In this document: one piece after another, positions 1 through 10,191 of the stretch | Layout of the letters: each line of letters begins with the position of its first letter | Position numbering within the stretch: position 1 is the stretch's first letter | From: Methyloradius palustris | GTDB taxonomy: Bacteria > Pseudomonadota > Gammaproteobacteria > Burkholderiales > Methylophilaceae | DNA: 64,000 nt | Reading direction: 5' to 3' | NCBI RefSeq assembly: GCF_019703875.1 | Contig: NZ_AP024110.1 | Location: forward strand, 2,455,912-2,519,911 | Made by a program: the position numbers and the translations under genes | The notes under the pieces: generated by a model | Databases searched by the model: none | What the model was told of the DNA's origin: nothing | Seen by the model: only the letters and a program-made list of their open reading frames with translations

Positions 1-49
1 GGCAACTAAAAGAACCTTCTAAAACTTTAGGGGCGATATATTTCACTAT

Positions 50-1840
50 TTATGCAGTTGTATTTTGTGTCCGCACACGTATATGCAATTCTCGAAGCTG
101 CTTCTCATCCACTTCGTTCGGCGCATTAGTCATCAAGCATTGTGCGCGTTGGGTTTTCGGGAAGGCAATTACGTCACGAATCGATTCAGCGCCAGCCATC
201 AGCGTGACCAGACGATCCAGACCAAACGCCAAGCCGCCATGCGGAGGTGCTCCGTATTGCAGGGCATCAAGCAAGAAGCCGAATTTTTCCTGGGCCTCTT
301 CTTTGCTGATCTTCAGTGCGTCGAATACCTTGGATTGCACTTCTTGCTTATGGATACGTACCGAACCGCCGCCGACTTCCCAGCCATTGATGACCATGTC
401 GTAAGCTTTTGAGAGTGCAGCGCCTGGGTTGCTGGTGAGCAGGTCTTCGTGGCCTTCTTTTGGTGAAGTGAATGGGTGATGTAACGCAGCCCAGCGGTCA
501 TTTTCTTCATCATGTTCAAACATCGGGAAATCAACCACCCAGAGCGGTGCCCAGGCACGGCCATCCACATGGCCTTTATCGTGGCCGACTTTAACGCGCA
601 AGGCGCCAAGGGCTTCATTCACCACCTTAGCTTTGTCAGCGCCGAAGAAGACGATATCGCCATTCTGCGCGCCTGTACGGTCAATAATCGCTTGCAGCGC
701 GGTCACGTGAATGTTCTTCACGATTGGGCTTTGCAAGCCTTCTTCATTGAGCTTGGTAATGTCGTTGATCTTGATGTACGCCAAGCCTTTAGCGCCATAA
801 ATCTTGACGAATTCGGTATAGGCGTCAATCTCAGAGCGGCTGATTGCAGCCCCATTGGGCACACGCATGGCGGCTACGCGGCCACCAACAGCATTGGCTG
901 CGCCTGCAAATACCTTGAAATCGACATCTTTCATCACGTCGCTGAGCTCAGTGATTTCAAGCGTCACGCGCATATCTGGCTTATCTGAGCCGTATTTGTT
1001 CATGGCTTCAGAGAATGGCATACGCGGGAATTGTGCAGGCAGGTCAATATCCTGAACTTGTTTAAACATGCGGCGAATCATGTCTTCGACGATGTTCATG
1101 ATCTCTTCTTCGCCCAGGAATGAAGTCTCGATATCCACCTGGGTGAATTCTGGCTGGCGATCAGCGCGCAAGTCTTCATCGCGGAAACATTTGGTGATCT
1201 GGAAGTAACGGTCAAAACCAGAAACCATCAACAATTGCTTAAATAGCTGCGGAGATTGCGGCAACGCAAAGAACTGACCAGCATGAACGCGGCTAGGCAC
1301 TAGATAATCGCGCGCACCTTCTGGCGTGCTGCGCGTCAGCATTGGGGTTTCAACTTCAATAAAGCCGTGGTTATCCAGATAATCACGCAAAGTTTTAGAC
1401 ACGCGATAACGCAGCATCAGGTTCTTTTGCATCGCTGGGCGGCGCAAGTCGATATAGCGATGTTGCAGGCGCACCATTTCGCTCAGGTTGTCGTCATCCA
1501 GCATGAAAGGTGGTGTGAGCGATGGATTAAGAATCTCGATCTCGCTAGCCAGCATCTCAACGTCACCCGTAGAAATGTTAGCGTTCACTGTACCTTCAGG
1601 CCGCGCCCTGACTTTACAGACGACTTTGAGTACAAATTCGCTGCGTACCGTTTCAGCCAGCGCAAATGCTTCTGGCGTATCTGGATCAATAACGATTTGC
1701 GCCATGCCTTCACGGTCGCGCAAGTCGATAAAAATAACACCGCCGTGGTCGCGGCGACGATGCGCCCAACCACAGAGGGTAACGGTTTGGCCGATGTGTG
1801 AGCGGTTTAGATGGCCGCAATAGTGAGTACGCATATTCAA
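50..1840 (-). CDS. aspS: aspartate--tRNA ligase
   Basis: 596-aa ORF with N-terminal OB-fold anticodon-binding region and class II aaRS catalytic core; diagnostic AspRS stretches ([10 protein letters not shown]..., [32 protein letters not shown]). Confidence 0.95.
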   Translation of the reverse strand: MNMRTHYCGHLNRSHIGQTVTLCGWAHRRRDHGGVIFIDLRDREGMAQIVIDPDTPEAFALAETVRSEFVLKVVCKVRARPEGTVNANISTGDVEMLASEIEILNPSLTPPFMLDDDNLSEMVRLQHRYIDLRRPAMQKNLMLRYRVSKTLRDYLDNHGFIEVETPMLTRSTPEGARDYLVPSRVHAGQFFALPQSPQLFKQLLMVSGFDRYFQITKCFRDEDLRADRQPEFTQVDIETSFLGEEEIMNIVEDMIRRMFKQVQDIDLPAQFPRMPFSEAMNKYGSDKPDMRVTLEITELSDVMKDVDFKVFAGAANAVGGRVAAMRVPNGAAISRSEIDAYTEFVKIYGAKGLAYIKINDITKLNEEGLQSPIVKNIHVTALQAIIDRTGAQNGDIVFFGADKAKVVNEALGALRVKVGHDKGHVDGRAWAPLWVVDFPMFEHDEENDRWAALHHPFTSPKEGHEDLLTSNPGAALSKAYDMVINGWEVGGGSVRIHKQEVQSKVFDALKISKEEAQEKFGFLLDALQYGAPPHGGLAFGLDRLVTLMAGAESIRDVIAFPKTQRAQCLMTNAPNEVDEKQLRELHIRVRTQNTTA

Positions 1841-1880
1841 ATTCTTAAATTAAATGGTGGGTGGAATGTAGGGATAAAAG

Positions 1881-2537
1881 TTAATTGATGTTGCTGGTTT
1901 GTTCGAGTGCTTTGGCTGTTTCCAGATCGAGAATCACGCCACGGTCTGGCATTACTGGAGCGACAACGCCCATGGAAATAATATATTTCAGTGCCTCATC
2001 AACGCTCATGTCCAGCTCGATCACATCTTTGGCTGGCAACATCAAAAAGTAGCCGCCAGTGGGGTTGGGCGTAGTAGGCACATAGACGCTTACAAAATCA
2101 CCTTGCAGGTGATTCGCCACATCGCCACCTGGGTGGCCTGTCATGAAGGCGATTGTCCAGCTGCCTTCACGCGGAAATTGCACTAGCAAAGCCTTGCGAA
2201 ATGCGTTACCAGAATCAGAAAACAAGGTATCTGATACCTGCTTAACACTGTTATAGATGCTCTTAACCACTGGCACGCGGCCGAGCAATGCTTCCCACAA
2301 CAGAATCAGTCGCTTACCAAAAAAGTTAGTAGCGATGACGCCAGTAACGAAAATAATCAACAATGTTAGCAAGGCGCCAACACCAGGGATAGCACGGCCA
2401 AACTGGGCTTCAGGACGCCACTCAACTGGCAGAAGCAGCAAACTGCTATCCATTGTGCTGATGAGCGTAGTGAGTACCCAGACCGTAATAAACAGAGGCA
2501 CCAGCACCAGCAAGCCAGTAATAAAATATTTTCTCAT
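1881..2537 (-). CDS. DUF502-family membrane protein
   Basis: 218 aa; two N-terminal TM helices (LLVLVPLFITVWVL, LLTLLIIFVTGVIATNFF) and conserved DUF502 core; typical neighbour of aspS in betaproteobacteria. Confidence 0.7.
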   Translation of the reverse strand: MRKYFITGLLVLVPLFITVWVLTTLISTMDSSLLLLPVEWRPEAQFGRAIPGVGALLTLLIIFVTGVIATNFFGKRLILLWEALLGRVPVVKSIYNSVKQVSDTLFSDSGNAFRKALLVQFPREGSWTIAFMTGHPGGDVANHLQGDFVSVYVPTTPNPTGGYFLMLPAKDVIELDMSVDEALKYIISMGVVAPVMPDRGVILDLETAKALEQTSNIN

Positions 2538-2568
2538 TATGGTGATGTCGTCTTTATTGAAAAATCAG

Positions 2569-2841
2569 TTAGTGGCAAGCGCAGCCGGGCGCGCAGGCTG
2601 CTGCAGAAGCGGCTGGCTCTGATGCTTTACTCTCGCTTGAGCTTGAAGGCTTACTGCCGCCACCTTTAAAATCAGTTGCATACCAACCGCTGCCTGTTAA
2701 CTGAAAGCTAGGCGCAGATACTTGCTTGGTAAAAGTCTCTTTACCGCATTCAGGGCAAGTGGTCAGGTTAGGCTCGCTGACTTTACGCATAACTTCTTTT
2801 TTAATGCCGCAACTGCTGCATTGATAATCGTAAATAGGCAT
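2569..2841 (-). CDS. FmdB-family zinc-ribbon putative regulatory protein
   Basis: N-terminus MPIYDYQCSSCG...CPECG is the CxxC-CxxC FmdB ribbon; Ser/Ala-rich tail. Start moved to the internal Met, which has an AGGGA RBS. Confidence 0.75.
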   Translation of the reverse strand: MPIYDYQCSSCGIKKEVMRKVSEPNLTTCPECGKETFTKQVSAPSFQLTGSGWYATDFKGGGSKPSSSSESKASEPAASAAACAPGCACH

Positions 2842-2985
2842 GAAAATATCCCTTAAAAACAAAATTATACCCGAAGCCCTAGCGATTGCTAAAGCGACAA
2901 TACTAAACGTGCGGCCTTATTGATAATGGGGATGAGATTTGCAGGACGCAAGGGAGAAAAATAACGATATTTTTGCAGGTATCGA

Positions 2986-3903
2986 TTAAATCTTGATGTT
3001 GAGGATTTTGCTGCGTGCCAGCGCAGATGCAGCAGTACGTGTTTCTACGCCCAGCTTGGCGAAGACATGCTCCAGATGTTTATTCACGGTGCGCGGGCTA
3101 GTACCGAGAATATCGCCAATATCACGATTAGTTTTACCCTTGATAGCCCAGTAGAGCACTTCAGCCTCACGGCGGGTGAGCTTGAACGTGGCAATCAAGG
3201 CGTCAATCTGCGCGGCATCAGACTCCTCACGCAAAAGAATCACCCATTGTTCATCGTTCTGAATTTCCACTGGCGTGAAAATCAAACGGCCATCGCCTTT
3301 TAATACCGTTAATGGCATGGCCGTTGTTTTATCAACCACTTCAAATAGACGATTGACCCATGATTGCAGCTGTGTATTGGCTGAATATGCCTCTATCCAT
3401 TGCCTTGCCAGCGGCGTTTGCCACACGATCTTGCTGGTACTTGGGGTCACGGCAATCGCCGCTTGGCCAAAGGCATCCAGCGCGCCGCGCGTTTGGTGCA
3501 TCTGGCGCGATGTCTGCAAATGCGCTGCCATTCGGGCAAGCACCTCAGTTGGGCGAATCGGCTTGGTCACATAATCACAACCGCCTGCGGCAAAGCCTGC
3601 CACTACGTGCTCAGCTTCTGTGAGGCCTGTCATGAAAATCACGGGGATATGCTGCGTATCTGTTTCCGCCTTGAGTCTGCGGCATACTTCAAAGCCATCC
3701 ATCTCGGGCATGATGGCATCTAACAGGATAATATCTGGCTGGGTTTCTTTGGCCGTATGCAGCGCAGCTTTGCCACTGTTGGCAACCAAAACAGCAAAAC
3801 CAGATTCGGCCAGCGAATCATGCAACACGGCCAGATTGTCGAGCACGTCATCGACAATCAGCACCAAAGTTTCATGGCCACGATTGATGTTGATATTAGC
3901 CAT
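2986..3903 (-). CDS. response regulator, REC + unknown middle domain + LuxR-type HTH
   Basis: N-terminal receiver (LIVDDVLDNL...ILLDAIMPEMDG...KP); C-terminal LuxR/GerE HTH (REAEVLYWAIKGKTNRDIGDILGTSPRTVNKHLEHVFAKLGV). Start overlaps the stop of the upstream kinase by 8 nt. Confidence 0.85.
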   Translation of the reverse strand: MANININRGHETLVLIVDDVLDNLAVLHDSLAESGFAVLVANSGKAALHTAKETQPDIILLDAIMPEMDGFEVCRRLKAETDTQHIPVIFMTGLTEAEHVVAGFAAGGCDYVTKPIRPTEVLARMAAHLQTSRQMHQTRGALDAFGQAAIAVTPSTSKIVWQTPLARQWIEAYSANTQLQSWVNRLFEVVDKTTAMPLTVLKGDGRLIFTPVEIQNDEQWVILLREESDAAQIDALIATFKLTRREAEVLYWAIKGKTNRDIGDILGTSPRTVNKHLEHVFAKLGVETRTAASALARSKILNIKI

Positions 3904-6900
3904 TGCTGCTTATTTCCTGACTTTTGGTTTGCTGTGTAGGCATTTCCAGCAAAATCTGGCGCATTGCATCGAGTTGAAAGCCTTGCAATAACTTACGCAT
4001 CAAGGCGACGAACTCTTTATAGGATTGATCCAAGGTGGCAATTTCATCCAGTTTAGTTGCAACGCCGCGCACAAAACCAACCGCAAGCAGACCTTCTAAA
4101 GCCTGCACATGATCAATTGGTGGGTAGATAAAATCCGTTACTTTCTCTGGGATATGCTCGGATAAACTCATTAGGCTAGGCATGTAAGCACTCATTTCCA
4201 GCGAATCAAATTCGGTGAGCCATTTGATATTCAAGCGATTACCTATCCAGTCGAGCAGCTCTGAAACATGCACGGGTTTGATGATGATATCGTCAGTATG
4301 AATGCCCGCGGTGTTTTCCAGCCCTTTATCGAACGCATTGGCTGAAACGATGCCAATCAGCACATCAGACTGATGTACCTTGCGGATAATGTAGCTGGCC
4401 TCCCAGCCATCCATCACTGGCATCGCCAAATCCATCAAGATCAGGTCAGGCTTGAAAGTCTGGTAGAGATCAACGCACTCACGCCCATTCGCGGCCTGCG
4501 CCATTTCAAAGCCCAGCGGTTCGAGTATATGTACCAGCATCTCGCGATCGACTGCCTCGTTATCCACCACCAGTATTTTCTTGCGAGCACCTTGATAAGC
4601 AATACGGCTAGAGACGCTTTCCGAGGCCAGCTCTTTTGCCAGATGCGCCTGCGGTAAAAACAGGCGAATATAAAAGGTAGTACCCTCGCCCATTTTGCTT
4701 TTAACCGTGAGCTCGCCGCCCATCAACTGGGTCAGCATTTTACTAATAGTCAAACCAAGCCCAGTGCCACCTATGCTGCTGTTATTGGCTGCGCTACCAC
4801 GGGTAAATGGCTCAAATACTTCGTCGATCTCTTCTTGCAAAATGCCGGGGCCAGTATCTTCTATCTCGACCAACGCCAGCTCGCGGGCGTACTTCAAGCG
4901 AAAAATAACGCCACCCTGCTCAGTAAATTTAACGGCATTACCCAGAATATTGATCAATATCTGGCTCAAGCGTTTTTGGTCTGCACGTACGATGGCGGGT
5001 AATTCGCCTGTCACTTCATAGGCAAAACTGATGCCTTTATTGCGCGCTTGTAACTCGAACATATCAACGATCTGGCCGACCAACTCTGGGAATTTAAGTG
5101 GCTTAATATCAAAGGTCAGCTTGCCGCTCTCGATCCTGGCAATGTCCAGCGTCCCTTCAATGAGTGAAAGTAAATGCTCACCGCTACGCCGAATCACGCG
5201 GATGGCTGGCTGGCGATGCAGGGGAATCGAGGTGTCGTTATCGAGCAGTTGTGCATAACCCAATATGCTATTGAGCGGGGTGCGCAATTCGTGGCTAATG
5301 CCTGTGATATAACGACTTTTTGCCTGGTTTGCCTGCTCTGCCACCTGTCTTGCCAGTTGCAACTCCGTATCCGTCTGGCGATGCAGTTCAATCTCACGCA
5401 GCAACAAACCCGTTTGGCGATTGGATTCTTCTTGCGCCACTCGCCTGCTTTGGCTGGTCAAAACCAACCACCAGGTAATCATGGCACTGGCAAACACCAA
5501 AGCCGCGAACACTTTTAAATATCCCATGCGTAATTGCGGCAGCAAAGCGATGGCACTTTTCTCTAGGATCAAGGTTTCATGAAAATAAATCAGGCCAAGT
5601 ATGGTGCCGAGAAAAGTCAAAATAACGGCCATCAACAAGATGTAATGGCTCAAACCGCTATTGAGATAAGGGTACAAAGATTCTGGCAACAGCTTTGCCA
5701 GCATGGCATCCCACTGTGTGGATAATTTTGCGTGCGGCTTGCACAAATCATCGCAACGCGCATCCAGGCAACAGCAAAGTGAACAAATAGCACCTTGGTA
5801 AGCTGGGCACTGCGCCATGTCTTCAGTTTCGTACTCACGCTCGCAAACCACGCATTTCTCTACCCGTTTAGCCTTGGCGATTTCTGGCTGCTGAAGATTG
5901 GCAGGATTGACGCCCTTATTAAATGGTTCCACCACCACCTTGAATTTATAAGGTTGCCGTGCGATGTAGTATTTGCCTTTGGTGTACCAGGCAATCAACG
6001 GTGATGTGACAAATGCGGTACCTAAAGCAATGAATGCCGAGAAGGCTTTTAGCTCATGGCCAAATAATCCCGCGAATGCCGCAATAGAGATTGTAGAAGC
6101 CAGTAACATCGCGCCTACACCTACAGGGTTGATGTCATACAAATATGCGCGACGAAACTCTATGCCTTTTGGGCTCCAGCCCAGCGGCTTGTTGATCACT
6201 AAATCAGCCACGACGGCGGTAATCCACGAAATGGCGATATTGGAATATAGCCCAAGCACCTGTTCTAGCGCCTTGAATACATCCAACTCCATCAACATAA
6301 CAGCAATCAACGCATTGAATACTGCCCAGACCACGCGTCCAGGGTGGCTATGCGTCAGGCGCGCAAAAAAGTTGGACCACGCCAGTGAGCCTGCATAGGC
6401 ATTGGTCATATTGATCTTGATCTGCGAGACGATGACAAATAGCGTAGTCACTGCAAGGGCAATTTGTGGAGCACTAAATACGTGGCTGAAACCTACAAAA
6501 TACATGTGCGTTGGGTTGACTGCATTCTCAAACGACATGCTGCCTTCAATCGCCAAATACGCCAAAAGCGCGCCGCCTAGCATTTTCACCAAACCAAGAA
6601 TAATCCAGCCAGGGCCCGCAACTAGCACGCCGAGATGCCAGGCGATTTTATTTTCTTCGGTCTTCTCAGGCATAAATCGCAGAAAATCCACCTGCTCGCC
6701 AATTTGCGTGATTAACGCCACACCCACTGCAGTGGCGGCTCCGAACATGAGCAGATTGAATTCACCACTTGTCGATTTTCCAGTGAAGCTGATTAGACGC
6801 GAAACGATGTGAGGGTCTTGATGAATAATGGCAATAAAAGGCAGCACCATCAAAATCAGCCAGATTGGCTGCGTAATCATCTGAATACGACTAATTAGCG

Positions 6901-7450
6901 TCACCCCATGCGTGACCAGCGGAATTACAATGAGCGCGCTCACCATATAGCCGATATACAGCGGCATGTGGAAATACAACTCCAGCGCATAAGCCATGAT
7001 GGCGGCTTCTAGCGCAAAGAGAATGAAAGTGAACGAGGCGTAAACGAAAGAGGAAATTGTGGAGCCGATATAGCCAAACCCTGCGCCACGGGTCAGTAAA
7101 TCCATATCAACGCCATACTTTGCAGCGTAATAACTGATTGGCAAACCCGTCATAAAAATGATCAGGCTTACTGCTAATATCGCCCAAAATGCGTTTATAA
7201 ATCCGTAATTAACCGCTATAGTGCCGCCAATTGCTTCTAAAACCAAAAATGAGATCGCGCCAAAAGCGGTATTCGCCACACGCAATACAGACCACTTACG
7301 AAATGAATGCGGCGTAAAGCGCAGGGCGTAATCTTCCAGCGTCTCGTTACCCACCCATGTATTGTAATCACGACGCACTTTGACTATGCGCTGTGTTGGC
7401 TCGTGGGCTTGATTATTGGCCTGATTGGCTTCGGCTATGGCTGTGGTCAA
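3896..7450 (-). CDS. hybrid sensor histidine kinase with N-terminal 12-TM transporter-like (NCS1/permease-like) domain
   Basis: 1184 aa. About 500 aa of polytopic membrane domain resembling purine-cytosine/NCS1-type permeases; then a Cys-rich segment; two more TM helices; coiled coil; HisKA (SHELRTPLNSILGYAQLL); HATPase_c (GTGLGLTISK); receiver domain (ILVVDNE...LMDLAMPVMDG...KP); ~110-aa C-terminal extension. Confidence 0.85.
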   Translation of the reverse strand: MTTAIAEANQANNQAHEPTQRIVKVRRDYNTWVGNETLEDYALRFTPHSFRKWSVLRVANTAFGAISFLVLEAIGGTIAVNYGFINAFWAILAVSLIIFMTGLPISYYAAKYGVDMDLLTRGAGFGYIGSTISSFVYASFTFILFALEAAIMAYALELYFHMPLYIGYMVSALIVIPLVTHGVTLISRIQMITQPIWLILMVLPFIAIIHQDPHIVSRLISFTGKSTSGEFNLLMFGAATAVGVALITQIGEQVDFLRFMPEKTEENKIAWHLGVLVAGPGWIILGLVKMLGGALLAYLAIEGSMSFENAVNPTHMYFVGFSHVFSAPQIALAVTTLFVIVSQIKINMTNAYAGSLAWSNFFARLTHSHPGRVVWAVFNALIAVMLMELDVFKALEQVLGLYSNIAISWITAVVADLVINKPLGWSPKGIEFRRAYLYDINPVGVGAMLLASTISIAAFAGLFGHELKAFSAFIALGTAFVTSPLIAWYTKGKYYIARQPYKFKVVVEPFNKGVNPANLQQPEIAKAKRVEKCVVCEREYETEDMAQCPAYQGAICSLCCCLDARCDDLCKPHAKLSTQWDAMLAKLLPESLYPYLNSGLSHYILLMAVILTFLGTILGLIYFHETLILEKSAIALLPQLRMGYLKVFAALVFASAMITWWLVLTSQSRRVAQEESNRQTGLLLREIELHRQTDTELQLARQVAEQANQAKSRYITGISHELRTPLNSILGYAQLLDNDTSIPLHRQPAIRVIRRSGEHLLSLIEGTLDIARIESGKLTFDIKPLKFPELVGQIVDMFELQARNKGISFAYEVTGELPAIVRADQKRLSQILINILGNAVKFTEQGGVIFRLKYARELALVEIEDTGPGILQEEIDEVFEPFTRGSAANNSSIGGTGLGLTISKMLTQLMGGELTVKSKMGEGTTFYIRLFLPQAHLAKELASESVSSRIAYQGARKKILVVDNEAVDREMLVHILEPLGFEMAQAANGRECVDLYQTFKPDLILMDLAMPVMDGWEASYIIRKVHQSDVLIGIVSANAFDKGLENTAGIHTDDIIIKPVHVSELLDWIGNRLNIKWLTEFDSLEMSAYMPSLMSLSEHIPEKVTDFIYPPIDHVQALEGLLAVGFVRGVATKLDEIATLDQSYKEFVALMRKLLQGFQLDAMRQILLEMPTQQTKSQEISSNG

Positions 7451-7766
7451 CTACATTTCCCTCTTTTATTTTTTAATAACCCAAGGTGATTGGTCACAAA
7501 AACACCCAACTTTATCTTACATAACTTCTGGCATTGCTGGAGTACGCCATTTGACGTATTAGCCGAGGCTGGCTAAAAGAGTGTCTAATTATGCTGAATA
7601 TTAAGCACGGCTTGTGCCTAGTTATAGGTTGATTCTGACTTGAGTTGCAATAATGCTTAAAAGAATCTACGATTAAAAGTGGGGATTTTGCAGCCTCCCC
7701 CGTTTCAAGACGCCTAGCGTCCAAGGACTGCTCCAACTGAGGCTTAATAACCTTGAAGGAGAGTTC

Positions 7767-9125
7767 GTGGACACTAAAAACAACCTCAGCAGCACCCAAA
7801 TTACAGCCCCTCAACCTGTCACTCTAAAGCAAGCCTTTGTCTATTGGCTTAAGCTTGGTTTCATCAGTTTTGGTGGGCCTGCTGGTCAGATCGCCATCAT
7901 GCATCATGACTTGGTCGAGAAGAAACGCTGGATTTCCGAGAAGCGTTTCTTGCATGCGCTCAACTTTTGCATGGTATTACCTGGCCCTGAAGCACAACAG
8001 CTTGCTACTTACATAGGTTGGCTGATGCATCGTACTTGGGGTGGCATCATTGCTGGCGGCCTATTCGTTCTGCCTTCATTCTTCATATTGATAGGGTTGG
8101 CGTGGGTCTATATGGCTTATGGTGCTTTACCTGCAGTTGCTGGGGCGCTTTATGGAATCAAACCAGCCGTTGTCGCTATAGTGTTCTTCGCGGCCTATCG
8201 TATCGGTTCCAGAGCGCTTAAAAACCATGTGCTTTGGTCACTCTCCGCATTGGCATTCTTTGCCATTGCGGTATTAAAGCTCCCGTTCCCAATCATCGTA
8301 TTGGCCGCAGGATTGATTGGTTATATGGGTGGTCGCACTTCCCCGAAGTATTTTCAGGTTGGTGGTGGACATGGTGCGAGCCAAAAAGATTATGGCCCCG
8401 CACTAATTGACGATGAAACGCCTACTCCACAGCATGCTAGTTTCAGCTGGAACAAGGTGCTAAGAATCACTGCGATTGGTCTCGGCATCTGGTTACTTGC
8501 CATGGCAATCCTATATATCCGCTATGGTTGGGATGGCGCCTTCACACAAATGGGCTGGTTCTTTACCAAAACCGCATTGCTGACCTTTGGCGGGGCTTAC
8601 GCGGTATTACCCTATGTCTATCAAGGAGCAGTAGAGCATTATCACTGGCTCAACCCGACACAGATGATAGACGGCTTAGCATTGGGAGAGACTACGCCAG
8701 GCCCTTTGATTATGGTGGTGACCTTCGTTGGCTTTGTCGGTGGTTGGGTAACACAAGTGTTTGGGCCAGATGCTGTATTCATGTCAGCTTTGATTGCTGC
8801 GGCAATTGTGACCTTTTTTACCTTTCTGCCCAGCTTCGTCTTTATTTTATTGGGTGGCCCGTTTATTGAGACTACCCATGGCAACCTGAAATTCACCGCA
8901 CCACTCAGCGCAATCACAGCAGCTGTGGTCGGCGTTATCTTTAATCTAGCGCTATTTTTTGCTTACCATGTGTTCTGGGTAAAGGGCTTTACTGGCTCGG
9001 TGGACTGGGCATCGGTGACAATCACGCTCATGGCATTTGCTGCCATATACCGCTTCAAGGTCAATATCATCCCCGTAATCCTGAGTTGCGGCGTGCTGGG
9101 GATGGCTTGGAAACTACTCGCTTGA
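7767..9125 (+). CDS. chrA: chromate transporter ChrA (long, duplicated form)
   Basis: 452 aa; FVYWLKLGFISFGGPAGQIAIMHHDLVEKKRWISEKRFLHALNFCMVLPGPEAQQLATYIGW motif in half 1, repeated in half 2 (FGGAYAVLPYV...GETTPGPL). GTG start with AAGGAG RBS. Confidence 0.85.
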   Translation: MDTKNNLSSTQITAPQPVTLKQAFVYWLKLGFISFGGPAGQIAIMHHDLVEKKRWISEKRFLHALNFCMVLPGPEAQQLATYIGWLMHRTWGGIIAGGLFVLPSFFILIGLAWVYMAYGALPAVAGALYGIKPAVVAIVFFAAYRIGSRALKNHVLWSLSALAFFAIAVLKLPFPIIVLAAGLIGYMGGRTSPKYFQVGGGHGASQKDYGPALIDDETPTPQHASFSWNKVLRITAIGLGIWLLAMAILYIRYGWDGAFTQMGWFFTKTALLTFGGAYAVLPYVYQGAVEHYHWLNPTQMIDGLALGETTPGPLIMVVTFVGFVGGWVTQVFGPDAVFMSALIAAAIVTFFTFLPSFVFILLGGPFIETTHGNLKFTAPLSAITAAVVGVIFNLALFFAYHVFWVKGFTGSVDWASVTITLMAFAAIYRFKVNIIPVILSCGVLGMAWKLLA

Positions 9126-9138
9126 AACAATCAATTTG

Positions 9139-10182
9139 CTAATGATTGTGCTGATGATGCGCATCTGGATAGTGGGGATGGCGATGCTTTATTGGTAGAT
9201 GCTGATGCGCATGGCTATGTTTAAATCCTAGTCCAATTTGATGCTCATGGCCGTGTTGATGATGTTCATCGTGAGTATGTTCATGCTCATGTTCCATTGG
9301 CATGTGGCTATGAGTGTGTTCATGATGCTCTGTTAAATGTAACCAGATACCGAGAGCCATAAACAACCCAGCAATCAATAGCGGCAATGTTAGTGGCTCA
9401 CCCAAAGCAATCGCCAATAACGCGCCAAAGAATGGAGCTACTGAAAAGTATGCGCCTGTTCGTGCCGTTCCCAGATGGCGCAAACCAACCACAAACAAAG
9501 TCAGGCTGACTCCGTAAGCTAAAAACCCTAGCGCCAATGCCCCAGCAATATTAGGTATTGCAGGCAATGTTGCTCCCAGTGAAAACGCAAGAAACAGATT
9601 AACTGTACCAGCTACCAAGCCTTTGACTGAGGCAATCCATGTCGCATCAGATAATGAGACTTTGCGCGTCAGGTTGTTATCAACACCCCAGGCAAAACAA
9701 GCGCCCAATATCGCCAAAGTTGGTAATGAACTGGCAAAGCTGATTTTATCTGGCCAACTCAGGATAGTTGCCCCGAACAAAATTGCTAACATGCCGATCG
9801 CAATCCGACGGTCAAAGTTCTCTTTAAAAGCGAACCATGCCAGTAGTGCAGTAAAGACGCCTTCTGTATTCAGCAGCAGAGAGGCGCAAGAAGCTGGCAT
9901 GCTAAGTAGCCCCCACATCAATAATACGGGAGCCACAATACCACCAGCTAGGATAGCGCCTGAGAAACAGAACAACTCTACGGAAGTGAGCTTTGCAGGT
10001 AATGCCTTGGTGATAAGACGGTAAAGCGTTAAGCCTATACCAGAGCCAAGATACAACAACCCAGCCAATAACCATGGGCTGACACCAGCCAAGAGCAGTT
10101 TGGCAAGCGGCGTTCCCATCCCAAAAAGTAATGCTGCGGTAAGTGCTGCGAATACACCTATCTGATTAATTTTGAGTTTCAT
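9139..10182 (-). CDS. DMT/EamA-family permease with ~65-aa polyhistidine C-terminal tail
   Basis: 10-TM EamA-type body; tail HLTEHHEHTHSHMPMEHEHEHTHDEHHQHGHEHQ...HSHAHQH...HRHPHYPDAHHQHNH is about 45% His; lies directly downstream of hupE/ureJ and the urease operon. Confidence 0.75.
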   Translation of the reverse strand: MKLKINQIGVFAALTAALLFGMGTPLAKLLLAGVSPWLLAGLLYLGSGIGLTLYRLITKALPAKLTSVELFCFSGAILAGGIVAPVLLMWGLLSMPASCASLLLNTEGVFTALLAWFAFKENFDRRIAIGMLAILFGATILSWPDKISFASSLPTLAILGACFAWGVDNNLTRKVSLSDATWIASVKGLVAGTVNLFLAFSLGATLPAIPNIAGALALGFLAYGVSLTLFVVGLRHLGTARTGAYFSVAPFFGALLAIALGEPLTLPLLIAGLFMALGIWLHLTEHHEHTHSHMPMEHEHEHTHDEHHQHGHEHQIGLGFKHSHAHQHLPIKHRHPHYPDAHHQHNH

Positions 10183-10191
10183 TTGTTCACT

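Noticed and set aside
65-988. Plus-strand ORFs of 66-158 aa inside aspS (similar antisense ORFs occur inside the kinase, ureC, uvrA and glnA)
   Set aside because: They are shadow ORFs antisense to strongly supported conserved genes, with no RBS and no domain signatures.
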